Positions 37,631-51,264 of a stretch of DNA of 64,000 bases are shown here, in pieces. Positions within the stretch are counted from its first letter, which is position 1. Each line of letters begins with the position of its first letter. The notes below the pieces were generated by a model. It ran no database searches and had not been told where the DNA came from. It worked only from the letters and a program-made list of their open reading frames with translations. The stretch is from Perkinsus olseni (lineage: Eukaryota), in contig JABANN010000012.1 of the NCBI GenBank assembly GCA_013115125.1, positions 62,001-126,000 of the forward strand, written 5' to 3'. The translations under genes and the position numbers were made by a program.

Positions 37631-37998
37631 TGCGCTACGTAGTCATAGCCCTCTTGCTCTCCTTGCCAAGTATCGCTTCTCGTGGCGTTGACGGCTGGGC
37701 TGTATTCCTGGCTATCAAACGAGGGAGGTGCCAGTCCGAACAACCACGCGCTGATGGTTTCCGTGACCCCGGGTGAGTGAACAGCAGAAGTAGTCTCTAC
37801 GTATCAGGCATAACTCACAGGATAGGTTATGGATGGAGAAGAGCATACGGAAAAGATGCTCTTGTACGCATTCTTCGCTGTGCGCTGGGAACGGAGACAC
37901 CCTCAAGCCGCGCGGCCGTGCTGGCGTCCAAATCTGCACTACCGTACTGCAGGGATTTTGTATCATTCCCTTCCAGAGCTGTGGAAAGCAGCGTTCTA

Positions 37999-40900
37999 AT
38001 GAGTGTCGTCCCTGGCGGCCAGAACGAGGAGGGGGAGGACCACCATCCACCACCACCACCTCATCATCATCGGGCTTCGATTGCCGACTCTTTAACAAGC
38101 TCGCGGAGAGGATCTTATGCCATGCAAAAAGTCCACTACCACTTCGAGCTCCTCGGACAGACAGTATCGTGCGAGAAGACTATTGACCCGTACGGAATCT
38201 ACCATCAAGTACTGGTGGAGACTGGAGGGAAGCGGAAACGCCTTTGCGAGAACAGCTGCCTAATCTTCCCCATTCATAACAAGTTCAGACTGTTCACGAT
38301 ATGGTTGGTAGAATGGAAGTGGTTTCAGAGGTAGTAACTAAGGGTAATCAAGGATACCATGGCGATGCACACGATAATTACGGAAACGACAGTAGTGGCA
38401 GCCCACGGTGAGTTTAGGTTCATTCTGTCCCTCATCGTGCTGAACTCCATACTAATCGCCATAGAGGATAAGAGGGACCCTGACAACCGTCGGAATGAGG
38501 TCATTAGACTCCACGCTCTCTAAGCCTTTACTAATCATGATCAGATCGGTGCGACTGCCGACTCCTTCCTGTTGGCACTCTTCACGGCCGAGTGCCTGCT
38601 GAAGATAGTAGCCTGGGGCCTTATCCGAGAGAAGTCCACATACTTGACAGACGGATGGAACTGGCTAGACTTTATAGTGGTCGTCACTGGCCTCCTCTCT
38701 GTCGTTGATCTCGGCGGCGACACTGACCTCAGCGTTTTGAGGGTCTTCAGAGTCCTCAGGCCATTGAGGAGTTTGACTGTGCTCAAGGAGATGAGAGTAA
38801 TATCATCAGGGGAATGAACGCGTGGATTTCACACGGCTGATTGGTTGCGGTCGTTCTCTCGTATCGTGTCAAGTGCGAAGCGAAACACTACAGTAGGGGT
38901 TCTACAAGTTCCACTCTGCAAAAGCGACTATACCGATCGAAGCGTCGCGCACGATGTTCGTCCCTCTTCCGAGCTTTCGTGAGCTGGTGGTTCTCATCAG
39001 TTACTAGTTAACACGGTCTTGCTCTCCATACCACGCCTGGCTAATGTGGCTGGCACGGCTGTGTTCATCCTGTTGGTGTTCGGTATACTGGGGACTAACT
39101 TCTGGGGTGGAGTGCTGGAGCGAAGGTAGTAGTGTTGGGGAAGGAGTGGTATTGGTGGTAATGACCTGACTCCAGATGCCGATTGACCCCTCATCCTCTG
39201 CTGGTGAATGTAGCGACAGGAGCGGTGCAGGACACCCTGCCGGCCTCTGGGTCCTCTCTAGAGTACTGCTGGCAATGGGAGGTTGATCCAACACAGAGCA
39301 GGTAGGCTTGGGTGTGGTCCATGAGTTGAGCCGCCGTGATCACTCAGGCTGTGCGGAGGCCGCTACTCTTGCTACCCCGGTACCTATTGTGGCTCCAACT
39401 ACGTGGAAGACCAGACTGAGTCCCTTCGTCCGGTGTTCACGATTAACGGCACTGCCCTTGCAGAAGGGAGGATGGGATACCCGTGGTAAGCTTCCTAAAC
39501 TCTGCTGCGGCCTGCCAAGCTGTGGGCGAGTGTGGCCTCGGGAAGGGGTTTCCGTAGGTGTGAGAGTACCGTGGACCCGACTGACTCAGCAGACTTCAAC
39601 TTCCGCATCACGCGTTTCGACAACCTCCTAGGAGCTGCTCTCACCGTCTTCCAATCGATCACTCTGGAAGGATGGACGGATGTTATGTAAGGCATTGGGG
39701 ATGATGGCTGCGGACTCACTGCACTTCGACACGAAAGGGTTATTCCGAAACCAGTACCGCGTGGTGTGGGGACCAGGATTCGAACCCACTACCTCACGGT
39801 GGGGTAGTGCTCTCTTCAACTGAGGCTCTATGTGTGTGTTTCGCGACTGCCGCTAAGTGATCAAGTGATCGCTGTGGAGGGTGGTTTGCCGCGATGGCTC
39901 GGTTGGGTTTGTGTAGGTACCTGCTGCAGGACAGCCACTCGGACTGGTTCGCCTCCGCCTACTTCGTCATGCTGATCATAGTGGGCTCCTTCTTCCTCCT
40001 CAACGTGGCCCTCGCTGTTGTATGGGATGCTTTCATGTCGACTGATGAAGAGAACAGACTGGCTGAGAAGAAGAGGCTGAAGCAGGAGGCCAAGAAGGCT
40101 TCCAGGAGGGTGACATCTCATTAGACCGATCGAAGCGCTCCGCGGACTGTTGTGCGCAACGTGTGTCAGGCTTCTCGGGTGAGCGATGTCGATCGGGCTC
40201 TACTCGATAAGACTGTTGCGGAAAAGAAACGGACCTTCTATACGAAGAAACCGGACGGTGCAGCAGGATCGGCAATGACTGTGATGAGGATGATAGAGGC
40301 GGAGGATACTTCCCATCCCTTCATTGCTAAGGTGGTTGCGCTTGGTGTGGTACGGCAGCTTGATCTAACGCACGTGACCAGATACGATATTTGGTGATTT
40401 CGGAATGGTTTGTGAACATCATCATGTTCTTCATCACAGCCAACGTGGTGGTGATGATGTTTGACTCTTACCCTCCTCCCCCATACAGACTCACTAAGAT
40501 AGTCACAGTCCTCAACCAAGTAGGGAAGAGGGCTCAAGCACCTACCCGAACACCCCTGTGTCTTCTCAGGTTTTTACAGTAGTTTTCCTGGTGGAGTTTG
40601 TGCTGCTCCACATCGCGCTGGGTAAGGCCTGCAAGCCTCAGCGTCGGCAGGAGCGAGATGATCTCAGGTCCTCGACAGTACTGGAGCAAACTCGCCACAG
40701 CATTCGATGGCTTTATCGTTATCACGTCCATCTTGGAGCTTCTACTTGCCAACGGTTCGTCTGTGATGATGGCCCTCAGGGGCTTCCGCCTCCTAAGGAT
40801 CTTCAAACTTGCGAAGAAGTGAGATGGCTCCCTTGCAGGAGGGGATGTCGCCGGCACTCGTTTGTCAGGTGGACTTCGTTTCGGGTTCTCTTGAAGTCCA

Positions 40901-43900
40901 TCGTCCATACGGTGAACTCTATGGGCAACTTCTGTATACTACTCGGTCTGATGATGTTCGTCTTCACGCTGATGGGCATGAGCCTCTTCGCAACGAAGCT
41001 CAGGATGGATGATGAGGGGAGGAAGATACCTGACGATCTGCTGGCACCCTGGCCGAAGAATCAGTGTCCTGGTAAGGACATCAGCGCTGTGTTGGTGATG
41101 GAACTCTATTACCGAATCAGGAGGCGGCTACGACTGCGTCCCTCGATCGCACTTCGACACTCTGCTGTGGTCCTTCATTACGGTCTTCCAGATCCTCACA
41201 GGTGGGACTACCTTTCTTCTCTTCCCTTCCTGCTTCTAGGGTACCTCCCCTTTGTCAGGCGAGAACTGGAACACTGTGATGTACGACGCAGTGCTGGCTG
41301 TGGGCTGGGGCGCGGTATTATTCTTCATCGCTCTCGTTATTTTCGGCCAGAGTGTTATACTCAATCTCTTCCTAGCTATCCTGATGAGCAAGTTCGAGGA
41401 GAGCTCCGCGGCCATCAGGTGAGGAGCATGCCGTCAGGCGGCAGGAGAGCTCTCCCTTAGGGAACAGGAGGTGGCGAGAGCTAGATCTCGGTCCCAGCTA
41501 TCAGCGCTACTGCGGGAGAGGAAGAAGATGGCTGGTGGGCTCCGTTTTGATGAGGTCCTCAGCCCGGACTCTCCACAGGATAGCCCGTCGCCGAGGTGAG
41601 CGTGCCTAAGACGTCTGTAGAAAAGATAACGACGACTGGCCTTCAGGACAGTGGCAGTCCGCAGCTTTGTAGGGAAGCATGCTGAGGGTAGTCCGACCTA
41701 CAAGGAAGTCTTGGAGGCCTCGAAGGCTGACGATCCCGATGGTGGTGGTGGTGGTGGTGGTGGTGGTGGTGGTGCTGAACCCCGCGCAGTGGAAGAGCCA
41801 GTACAACCAGGCATGATCCGCCATGGCAACAGCGTAGTTGTATCGGATGCTCCGACGGTCCTTAGAACAACCGAGGAATCCGCGGACAGCTTACGTTCGT
41901 CCGAGGAGCAGTCTAGTAGCGGTCCACAGCAGCTGCGTACCCGGGAGCCCTGGCCGAGGGACCACTCCATGCTGCTGTTCAGTCGTGAGAGCCCAGTGCG
42001 GCAGGTGTGCAGTAGGATCGCCGAGGACCCCCTCTTCGACAACTTCATCATAGCCTGTATTGCGATATCCTCAGCCTTCATGGCCTTGGACAGCCCTCTG
42101 CTGGACCCCGGCTCAGGCTTGGCCCAGTTCCTTGATATTATGAATACCCTATTCTCTCTTATCTTTCTGGTAGAGATGCTCATCAAGTGGGTTGCCTTCG
42201 GCGTGGTCTTCAACAAAGGGGCCTACTGGCGCAATTCCTGGAACGTCCTCGATGGTATCGTGGTCATCGTCTCCATGGTGGACCTCCTACCTATGCTGCC
42301 TGACATATCGGTACTCAAGACCCTGAGGATGCTCCGAGCCTTGAGGCCCCTCAGGGTCATCTCCCGGAACCCCAACCTTCGTTTGGTCGTCAACACGCTA
42401 TTCAGGCTCCTACCGGAGCTGTGCAACTTGCTTATCGTCGGAGGCCTTTTCTTCCTTATCTTCGGTCTCTTTGGGCTCTCCTACTTCAAGGGGAAGTTCT
42501 ACACCTGCCAGGTGAGCTGCCTTCGAGTTTACCAGTCATTCTATTCTGTCCCAGTTGAGACGCCTCCGTCATCAGGTTGGCGACCCGAGTACGATGGAGG
42601 TTATTGAGTGGCAGTATGAAGATCGCCAGAGTGTTCTGACCACTCCGATGTGCCTCAACCAGGCCACTGGGAACCTCCTGCTCCCCAGCGTAGGTCCACC
42701 ACTGCCGCGACCCTCCGAGGCTGTGCACTTCAGGGGTCGTTGGGCTCCTCCGCAGACAGTACTGCATCATCATCGCTCTGCCCGGACGGCATGCCTTGGT
42801 CCAGAACCACCCCCGATACGCCAGTCTGTGTGGCCTCTTGTGCTTCGGGAGCCGACAGGTGAAGCCTCACGAGCGCAGCTGATCGGATAGGTTGACGTAT
42901 CAGGTCGGATGCCTGCCCGCCTCCTCTGTCCCTCGACACTTACCCCGACATCTGCAGCCTCCATCCTGACTCCGTTCGTCCACCGAGGTAGCGTCTCTGA
43001 CACGGTACCCTTGTGATACACCACGCCTCCTGCTTTAGCCCTTCCTTCGACGGGCCCAGTCAGCTACGGACCGCTGCGAACATCGGAGGGCCTGAGTGGC
43101 ATGCTTCGATGGACAAGAGTGTGATGCCGTGTGACAGATGCAGCGCCCGGTTCTGCACGGGCTCGCTCCAGCCCAGCGAGGAAAGAGTAGGGTTCCTTGC
43201 ATGTTGCCGTATCTTGATATCGTGTGTGGTGCCAGAGTGAGGCCTGCCGGTACGAGTGTGAGAATCATCCCTATTACTGCGCGGATGTCTGCACTGGGGA
43301 CGCCTTGGGAGGTAAGGCCCTGGGCTATCACGAGCCAGCGACCCCCGTTGAGGTTCTACTCCCGCGTCTCGTGAGAATCAATACGGTGGTCCCTCAGGTG
43401 GCGACTGTTCGGCGTGTCTGGAGGCCTGTGTATCGGCGTGTGAATGCCCACACTTCTGCAAACCACTCATAAAAGATGCCGCTAACTGTGTGGAACAGGG
43501 TGGACAGTGGTAAGGCGCACCGTCGTGCTTCGCTCCGCTTCTTCCTATTTGCCATTTTTATAAGCGCGGGAATTTATGAGGAGGCCTGATGTATCCACTT
43601 CTGTTTCAGGTTGAATCTACATCAACATTTCGATAACATCGCGGTCTCCATGATGACGCTGTTCGAGATCTCGACCACCGAAGGTACCCAGCCTCCCTGT
43701 CTCTTCTAAGGGGGCAACAGTCCCGGTCTTTCCTTCCGTTGTTGCAGGTTGGGTTGATGTGATGTATGCCGGTACTGATGCCACCGAAGTCTATGGGCAG
43801 CCGCAGAGGGACCATGCTGAGCTCTGGGGGCTCTTCTTCGTTTTGTTCATGCTGGTGAGCAGCTCGCTGGCCTCTACATCACTACGGCGATGGTCCTTCA

Positions 43901-46635
43901 GATCGGCTCCTTCTTCATCCTGAATCTTTGCGTGGGCGTTATTGTCGATAACTTCAATAAGATCAAGGCACAAGGGCAGTCGCTATTCCTTACACAAACG
44001 CAGCAGAAGTGGATCGAGCTTCAGAAGCAGCTGTACACTAAAAAGATATTCTTGGAGTTCGCGCATGTCAAGGTGCGCCTCATCAACACTTTCATCACCA
44101 TCGTCATTATCACCATCGTCATTATCACTCTCATCATTATCATTATTCACTCGACGACAGCCCTCCTCATTGTCGTCATTCACTACGACAGTATCATCTC
44201 ATCACTCCCATCGCCATCCTAAAGTCCGATTTCACCTCAGGACCTACCGATAAGCCGAAGGAAGATGTACTTCTTCTGCTCCAGCTCCAGGTTTGAAACT
44301 TTCATCATGGTCTGCATTCTTCTGAACACAGCGGTGACTGGCATGAAGGTGATGAGCCCAAGAGAAATAGCTTGCTCTGTGGATGATTCGACGATCATAG
44401 ATATTCCCACCCCCTTCGGATGCCTACAAGGCTACACTCACAGTCCTCAACTACATCTTTGCCTTCATCTTCACGGTGGAGGCCGCGCTGAAGCTGTACG
44501 CCACACGACGGTGGTACTTCTATGTAAGGCTGGGAGTGAGGATGCCTGTCCGATGATAATGGTGCTCGTTCAGGATGCCTGGAACTGCTTCGATTTCGTC
44601 TGTGTTGTCGCCACGGCCGCTGGGATTTTGGTAGATCTCTTGTCTACGGTCACGATCGGCACGCTGATGAGCGCCATTAGGATATTCCGCATAGCAAGGT
44701 CGGTCCCAGTATCAAACAAGTTCCCAAGACGGCTTCCTGTTTGCAGGCTCTTCCGCCTAGTGCGGTTTGCCAAAGGTCTTAACCAGCTGTTTATAGCCTT
44801 CGTTCTCTCAATACCGAAGCTCTTCAACGTCGCCATACTCCTCCTGCTGCTTCTTTTCCTCTTCACAGTAGTACCCATCTGTAGTGCTGCTCTCGACCAT
44901 TTATGAATATACTAATACAAGCCGTGATGGTTGCTGATTTAGGTACTTGGTGTTCGACTCTTCGGAGCCACCCAGTTTTCCGGTAGTCACGACGACCATG
45001 CAAATTTCCGCAACTTCTATCGGGGCTTCATGACCCTCGTGCGTTGCATGACAGGCGAGGTAGTGCGCGGCTGCTATCTTGATAGCGGACTGAGCCTCAG
45101 GGTTGGAACGAGATCATGCACAGTCTGGCCAAGGACTCCGAGTTCTTTGGTCTGGTCCTGCATCGACCCTGTGTTGACAGCTTCGATATCACAGTAGAAA
45201 ACTACCCAGAGGTGGGTCGGCACGCTCGAGAGTCTAACTGCGAGCGTCCAATTCCTGTTAGTTGCAACAGAAGTGCCTGATAGATCACCCAGTGCAGTGT
45301 GGGTCGCCAGTGTCCTTTATGTTCTTCATCGCATACACCTGCATCATCACTTTTGTCGTGCTTAATTTGGTGATAGCAGTCATTCTGGAAGGCTTCGAAG
45401 ATTCTACCAAGTCGGCTGAGAAGGTCCGAGGTTCAATTCCTTCCAGGGTCATTTTGAGTATTTTCCTCAGGACGTGGTTAACAAGTGCATAGACGTATGG
45501 AAGCAGTTCGATCCTCACTACGATATGGAGATCCCGATCGACTCAGCGGTCAGTCCCATCAGCTCCCTCCAGCCGATCACCTTCTGCGTGCTCAGATCGT
45601 GTTCATGGAGACTGTGAACTCTGAAGTGATGCGAGACAACCCAGAGCTTCGGAAGAGGATGATGAAGTACCGCCTCGAGCGGGGAGGGGGTACCCTTTAC
45701 CGCTCCATCCCGTTGAAGCAAGCCACCTTCTTACGGATGGAGATCAACTCCAATAAGAAGGTGCACGTCATGCCGCATCATCGCCGTTGTTGTGAACCTC
45801 CAGCTGGCCAGGTCCACTTCCTCAATGCTGTGTCATCGGCACTTCGCATGATGATGGTGCGGGACAACGCCTCCTTGATGGAAGAAGTAGGCTACCATGG
45901 GACTCTTCAGCATCTGTCGGGGAGGCGGTGTTTGTGTGCAATGAGAGTAATGCCGTCGGCTCAGATCGTGTCAATAGAGACGGGGCAGCATGCTTCGAGA
46001 GAGACACAGCAAATAGCGAAGGTTCGCGAGATGGTCATGACGCAGGCTAACGTGGTAGGGAGGAGGACGTTCATTGCCGTCGCGCCCACTGCCTTTACGA
46101 GCTGTCATGGGCAAGATCATTGCAGTAGGGATTTCGTTTATCAGACGGAGAAACGAGGCTCCTTCGTAGTGGAGGGCGCCCTGCCACCAAAAAAGAGTGT
46201 ATTTGCGAGCATCTTCCGCTTGAGACGTGAGGGTGCTCCGCTCGAACCCATGCTCCTGAGCGGGGGACTCTTTTCCTTCAGAGCCGCCTGCTCCAGCAGG
46301 GTCTGTGGATGAGGTCTCGGACGAGCCTTCAGAGCCCACCGGTGAGTCACCACAGTTCTTGTAGAGACACACGAGCGTTCGTCCCGGGGTTCAGGACCGA
46401 GGGCTGGCGAAGTTGACGGAGAGATTTCTGGTACGCAACTTGTGCAGCATGTAGCGGCAGCGAGGATACAGCATGCAATGAGAGAGTGAGATGAAGCTCT
46501 TTGACCAGCAAGAATTATACTGATCATTCCAGGTGCATGAGGTCCAGGCGAAGGCAAAGTGGACACAGTTGCCAAGCAGGAGGCTGCCCTATACAGCAGG
46601 ACGAGAGGATGCCCGCAGCGGGGTGATCACGCTAG
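37999..46635 (+). CDS. Four-domain voltage-gated Ca2+ channel alpha-1 subunit (EEEE filter), more than 25 exons
   Basis: S4 segments [45 protein letters not shown] and [14 protein letters not shown]. Pore loops ITLEGW, LTGENW, STTEGW and MTGEGW. The 3' end is approximate (46312-46635). Confidence 0.92.
39765..39835 (-). pseudogene. Degenerate tRNA-derived element in a Ca-channel intron
   Basis: The minus strand has A-box-like AGCCTCAGTTGAAGAGAGC and B-box GGGTTCGAATCC at tRNA-like spacing, but the acceptor and T stems do not pair well. Confidence 0.55.
41741..41773 (+). repeat. (GGT)11 coding microsatellite, poly-Gly in the channel II-III linker
   Basis: Direct reading of ggtggtggt..., translated as a Gly run in ORF 41651..42607. 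Confidence 0.95.
44084..44150 (+). repeat. Imperfect (ATC/ATT/ACC)n low-complexity tract in an enlarged intron
   Basis: catcaccatcgtcattatcaccatcgtcattatcactctcatcattatcattattcac lies between the donor at ~44072 and the acceptor at ~44240. Confidence 0.8.
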
Positions 46636-47250
46636 TGTATATTGTCCCGTAATGTAAAGTCATGAGTGTATGCTGCTGTAAGATTTACTCAAGAATCTGC
46701 ATCTAATATGTTGAGTACAGTTGGTGTCTCGAGGAGAGGCAGAAGACTGTGTGCATGTCATGGACTCCGATAAGGCAGGGATGCTTGCAGTGCACTCTAC
46801 CGCGACGAAAGGTCTTGCTGCAGTGGTCGTCGTGTTTCTGAGACGACGCTTGCACTATAACTCAGTACAATGTGGCTCTTGGAGACGGTGCTCAAAGAGT
46901 GATGACATCGGACTCGCGAGGAGCTCGGGGATGATGCTTGCTCAATGGCGTGACGAGAAATTCGGAAACCGATGCCCGGGACAATTGGGCCAACGAAGAG
47001 CAAACGCGCACAAACAGCAAATGTGGATAGAGAGTTGCTACTATCGATCGAGGGATTCGCGGTACGCAGCAGGAGTTAGTTGCCACTATAGTCCAAGCTA
47101 ATATTCGTGACGCCACAGCTTGTGCATGCGTGCGTGTCTTGGCCACTTCCGAGTGACTTCGATACGGGCACTATGAGGACCCGGCAGTCTGAGTACGCAC
47201 TTGTGGAGCCTTGGCCGACTGTGAGGGTATCAGTTGTATTTTTACGTACA

Positions 47251-49521
47251 ATGAGAGCCTTGCCTCTGACAACACTCTTCACGATCCCGTGCATCGTGCT
47301 GTTGCTCAGCTTAGCAGGCTGTAGCAGCAATGGAGGTGCAACTACTACGGCCCCAGCGACGAGCACTGCACCAACCACCGCTCCAGTAGTGACCACTACA
47401 CCCATCCCTCAGGGGGCCGTGGCGTAAGAGAACACTGCCTGGTCGAGTTGGAGCCGCCGTCCTTAGGTACGTCACCTCCGAGAGTGGTGGAAATATGACG
47501 CGCCGTTCTGTTACTGTTGATAATGGACCGGCAACTACCTACCACGTTAGATTGAACTCTGGTAAGCCTACAGGGAATCGTCCTGTGGGAGAGGGCGCTG
47601 GGAGCGCCAAACACGGCCCGTGTGGCGATCATTCAATGATGTTGTGAAGTTGGGGTCTGCTTGGGTGGATTTCTATCTGCCTAATTCTCAGCGTCGTTGA
47701 ACCATCGGCCAGTTGAAGGGTTCGGAGGTGCCTTCACAGCGGCATCTGCTGTCAATTACAAGAAGTTGAGTGATGAAGATAAACGCAGATTCATTGAGTT
47801 GTGAGTATCTGGTTACTTCGGTCATTCTAAGCATCCTTTGAGTAGATACTTCGGTCAGAGCGGCCTACGCTACACTATGGGTAGAATACCAATCAACTCG
47901 TGTGATTTTAGTCCGTACACTTACAACTTCGACAACGTCTCTGATGATTTCACTTTGGAACACTTCGATGATTCTTTGAAGGGAGATGAAGACACCGGGA
48001 TGATTCAACTCCTTCACGACGCCTTGGCGGAGACACCACTGAAATTATTCGGTAATCCATCCCATGCTTGGTGGAGAATCGGTACGTCTCACGTGTGTAG
48101 GAAGCCCGTGGTCCCCACCGTACTGGATGAAGGCTGGTAATCACCCGATGGTCGGCAGCCCCAATCCCTGCCTCAAGCAGGATAAGAAATATAAACAAGT
48201 CTGGGCCGACTACTTCGTCAAATGGGTATGCGCTGTTACGTTTCCGTTCCCGCACTTTCCCTTCTCCCCATCAGATTCAGTCATACGAGAAGAAGAACAT
48301 TTCCATTTGGGGCGTCACACAGCAGAATGAGCCAATGTAAGTCATCGCTCTCCTATACCATGAGGGCCTCATGGTGAGGCAGCTCTTAGGGGTGTACACT
48401 CATTCACTCAGGTTTTATTCGAACGCGCGATGGGAGGCTTGCTCATACGACCCCGCCAATCAGACCGAGTTCATCAGGGACTACTTAGGACCTACCCTGA
48501 ACAAAACTTTCGGCGATAGAGTTAAACTCATGTACATGGACTTCGTCAGAAATCTTCTCATGGAGGTCTCTGACGTCCTCCTACAGGACAGCAAGGCTGC
48601 ACAGTGAGTCTTTCCTCGTCAGGGCTGGATAAAGATGGGCATTGGCCATCATCGCAGGCACGTCTACGGTGCCGGGGTGCATTGGTACGGTTTGAATAGC
48701 ATCGATACTCTCGAGGCGTTCAAGACCAAATACGGCAGTAAATATGCTGTTTGGGGGACTGAAGCAAGTAGGCAGGGTTTTCAGCTGGCAATTTCACAAT
48801 GAAGATACATGACCTACTCAGGCACCTGCTACCCGGAGGACCGTTTTTTCAATACACCATGGAAGAGAGCTGCCCGTTATGTTCACGGTGTGATTGTAGA
48901 CTTCGTACACGGTGGAGGAACTGGCTGGGTGGACTGGAATCTTCTTCTCGACGAGATAGCAGCGCAAGACGTACGTCCGCTCATCCTTATGACTGACTTC
49001 CTATAGCGATCGCCACACTTTTGGTTAATCATTGTCAGAATCGCGGGGGTCCGAATCACGCTGACAACTATTGCTTTGCACACATTCACATCAACAACGC
49101 GAGTCAGCTTGTGGTACAGAAGATGTCCGTACCGGTCTCTCCGGTATCGTTGTATCAGATACACCCGTCTTACTACACCTTTGGGCACATCACCAAGTTT
49201 GTCGCTCCTGGCGCTAGAATGGTTACGTCTCTGAATGTGTCTAAGTCTGAACCAAGCTCAATCTTCACTATCGATACCCTAGAGGCCATGGCCTTCGTGA
49301 ATGAAGCCAAAACAGAGTTGGAAGTTATCGTAAGCCAATTGAACGAGTGCCCCTCCATCTGCGGTTCCCAATCCCAGGTGCTCAGCAGTCAGGAGGACGA
49401 CATATCCGATCTGATCACCGAGGTCCAACTGCCAGGCGGGCAGTATCAGACCATTCACGTTGGTAAAGTCTCCGGCTACAGTGTTACCACCGTTCTACTC
49501 CCCGGAACTTTCTCGGGCTGA
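47251..49521 (+). CDS. Glycoside hydrolase family 30 (glucosylceramidase-like), copy 1, with signal peptide
   Basis: VEGFGGAFT, MGRIPINSCDFS, SPWSPPYWMK, WGVTQQNEP (acid/base Glu), GVHWYG, GTEA (nucleophile Glu), GWVDWNLLLD, GGPNH and YYTFGHITKF. Confidence 0.92.
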
Positions 49522-51022
49522 GATTTTTTCTCCACCACTACCCCTGTTCGCTTCATGCAGGGGAGTACTGAACTTTTGCTTTCATTGCTCCCGATACACC
49601 ATATTGAGTGTTTCGAGCCTTTGTCGACCGAAGATGGTCAATTTCTATCACACATCATACCAAAGAATCGTGTTTCGTTGCACAGTATACCTTAACCATG
49701 GGCATTGCCTGCCCCTTCAGTATATCTCATGCGATGTCTGGTGGCGTGAATGATTTTAACTGGATAATGCTCGCTCGGCTATCTGCAAATGACTCGAAGG
49801 GAAATTCTCAGACTGAGAATCTCAGTCATGAGTAACACCTTTCAAGTAGCCAATGCCAAAAATTACAAAGGCGACCTTAGCAATTTCTGGCGTTCGTTCC
49901 TCACAACAAAAAGGGATACGCTTATTGATGCAGAGAAACCTACTCTGATTCTGATTATCGACCCGAGTTCCACGTGTCAAAACTCCGAACTGCGAAGTGC
50001 TGGCGTGATGATGGTGGTCGAGGGAGTGAGGCGCTTCGCAACAGTTTAGGAAGCGCATTGCCAATATAGGTGCCTCACCTCGAGGTCTCAAGTGAAACTG
50101 AGCTCCTGTTTCTGAGGACGCAGGTGACATCCTCAGTGGCTCGACGCCGACAGTTGGCCGGCAGCACAGCTATGCAGTGTTTAATGCACCCTGTAGGAAC
50201 AACCGACCCCAGATCGAGCAATCGCCTACCCCTCTCCAAGGCGGGTTAGCTGTGCGGTATAGCCTGTAGCCGAGTAGATCTGGATGCCACATGAAGTTTT
50301 GAAGGCCACGAAGCGGAAGCGAAGTGCTAGGAGGTGCAAATCCGCCCGATTTCTTCATCTGTCTCCGTTGCTGTCGGCTCATCGCAGCTCCCTTCGATTG
50401 CTGCTGCCCGTTATCCTTCTTGCCACCTTCAGGACTTGAAGTTCTGGTCCTTCGGTGGGCTTTACTGGTTCAGTTGACGCATATCAACTTCTTTCGTGTC
50501 TCAGCCCAGGACTTGCCGCCATACTCGGGAATGTCGCAGCATAAGCTCTCTCGTAGGTACCCTCAGTGGTCGTACGGCTGAGCTGAAGAAGAAGAAAAAC
50601 GTTAAAGTGAAATTGAATCGGATACATGAGTTCGGTGAGACTGCGCAGAGATCTGCTTCACTGAAGATGCGCTATTATACCTTCATTCATCGGACGAAGC
50701 AGGTATAGAGCTGAAATTCGAGCAGGAGTTACGGGGCTTGTTCCCCTCAACTGGGACTGCGCCACGAAATTACACGCCTACGCATGAGCCGACCCTGAGG
50801 TCCAGGTTTGGAAAGTATTCCGAACCATCCCCGGTAGTGGGTATGCGGAGGAATTGGTCATCCTGAGTGCTTCTGGCGTGATGCGCGGCGTCTGTCTACG
50901 GTAAAAACGAGGATCGTAGGTGGCCAGACGGTGCGAATTCTGAGCTGTCCGGGTCCGTAGACATCATTAACAAAATCATTCCCGATGAAAATCTGAGTGG
51001 TATGAAAATACCGTCGCCACTA

Positions 51023-51095
51023 GCGACTCGCCAGGAATCGAACTCGGGTCCCTTACCATCCACGGTATCCTTGGAATGGACTGGTCACCAGTCAC
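51023..51095 (-). other. tRNA-like 3' half (B-box) in TE-like DNA; second copy at ~54889-54961
   Basis: The minus strand reads GGGACCCGAGTTCGATTCCTGGCGAGTCGC; the 5' half is scrambled by palindromes. Confidence 0.45.
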
Positions 51096-51264
51096 TGGTG
51101 CGCTGCGTGTAGGATCCAAATCGCCGCCAATCCTAACGGCAACAAGTGCCAGGCTTATGAATTATATCAAGGACTCCCCTGAGCAACCACTAGGTCCCGT
51201 TAAGAAGTTGTGGTGGAGATGGTCGCTTCTTCTAAGAAGCGATTTCTATCTTCCCAATCCTCAG

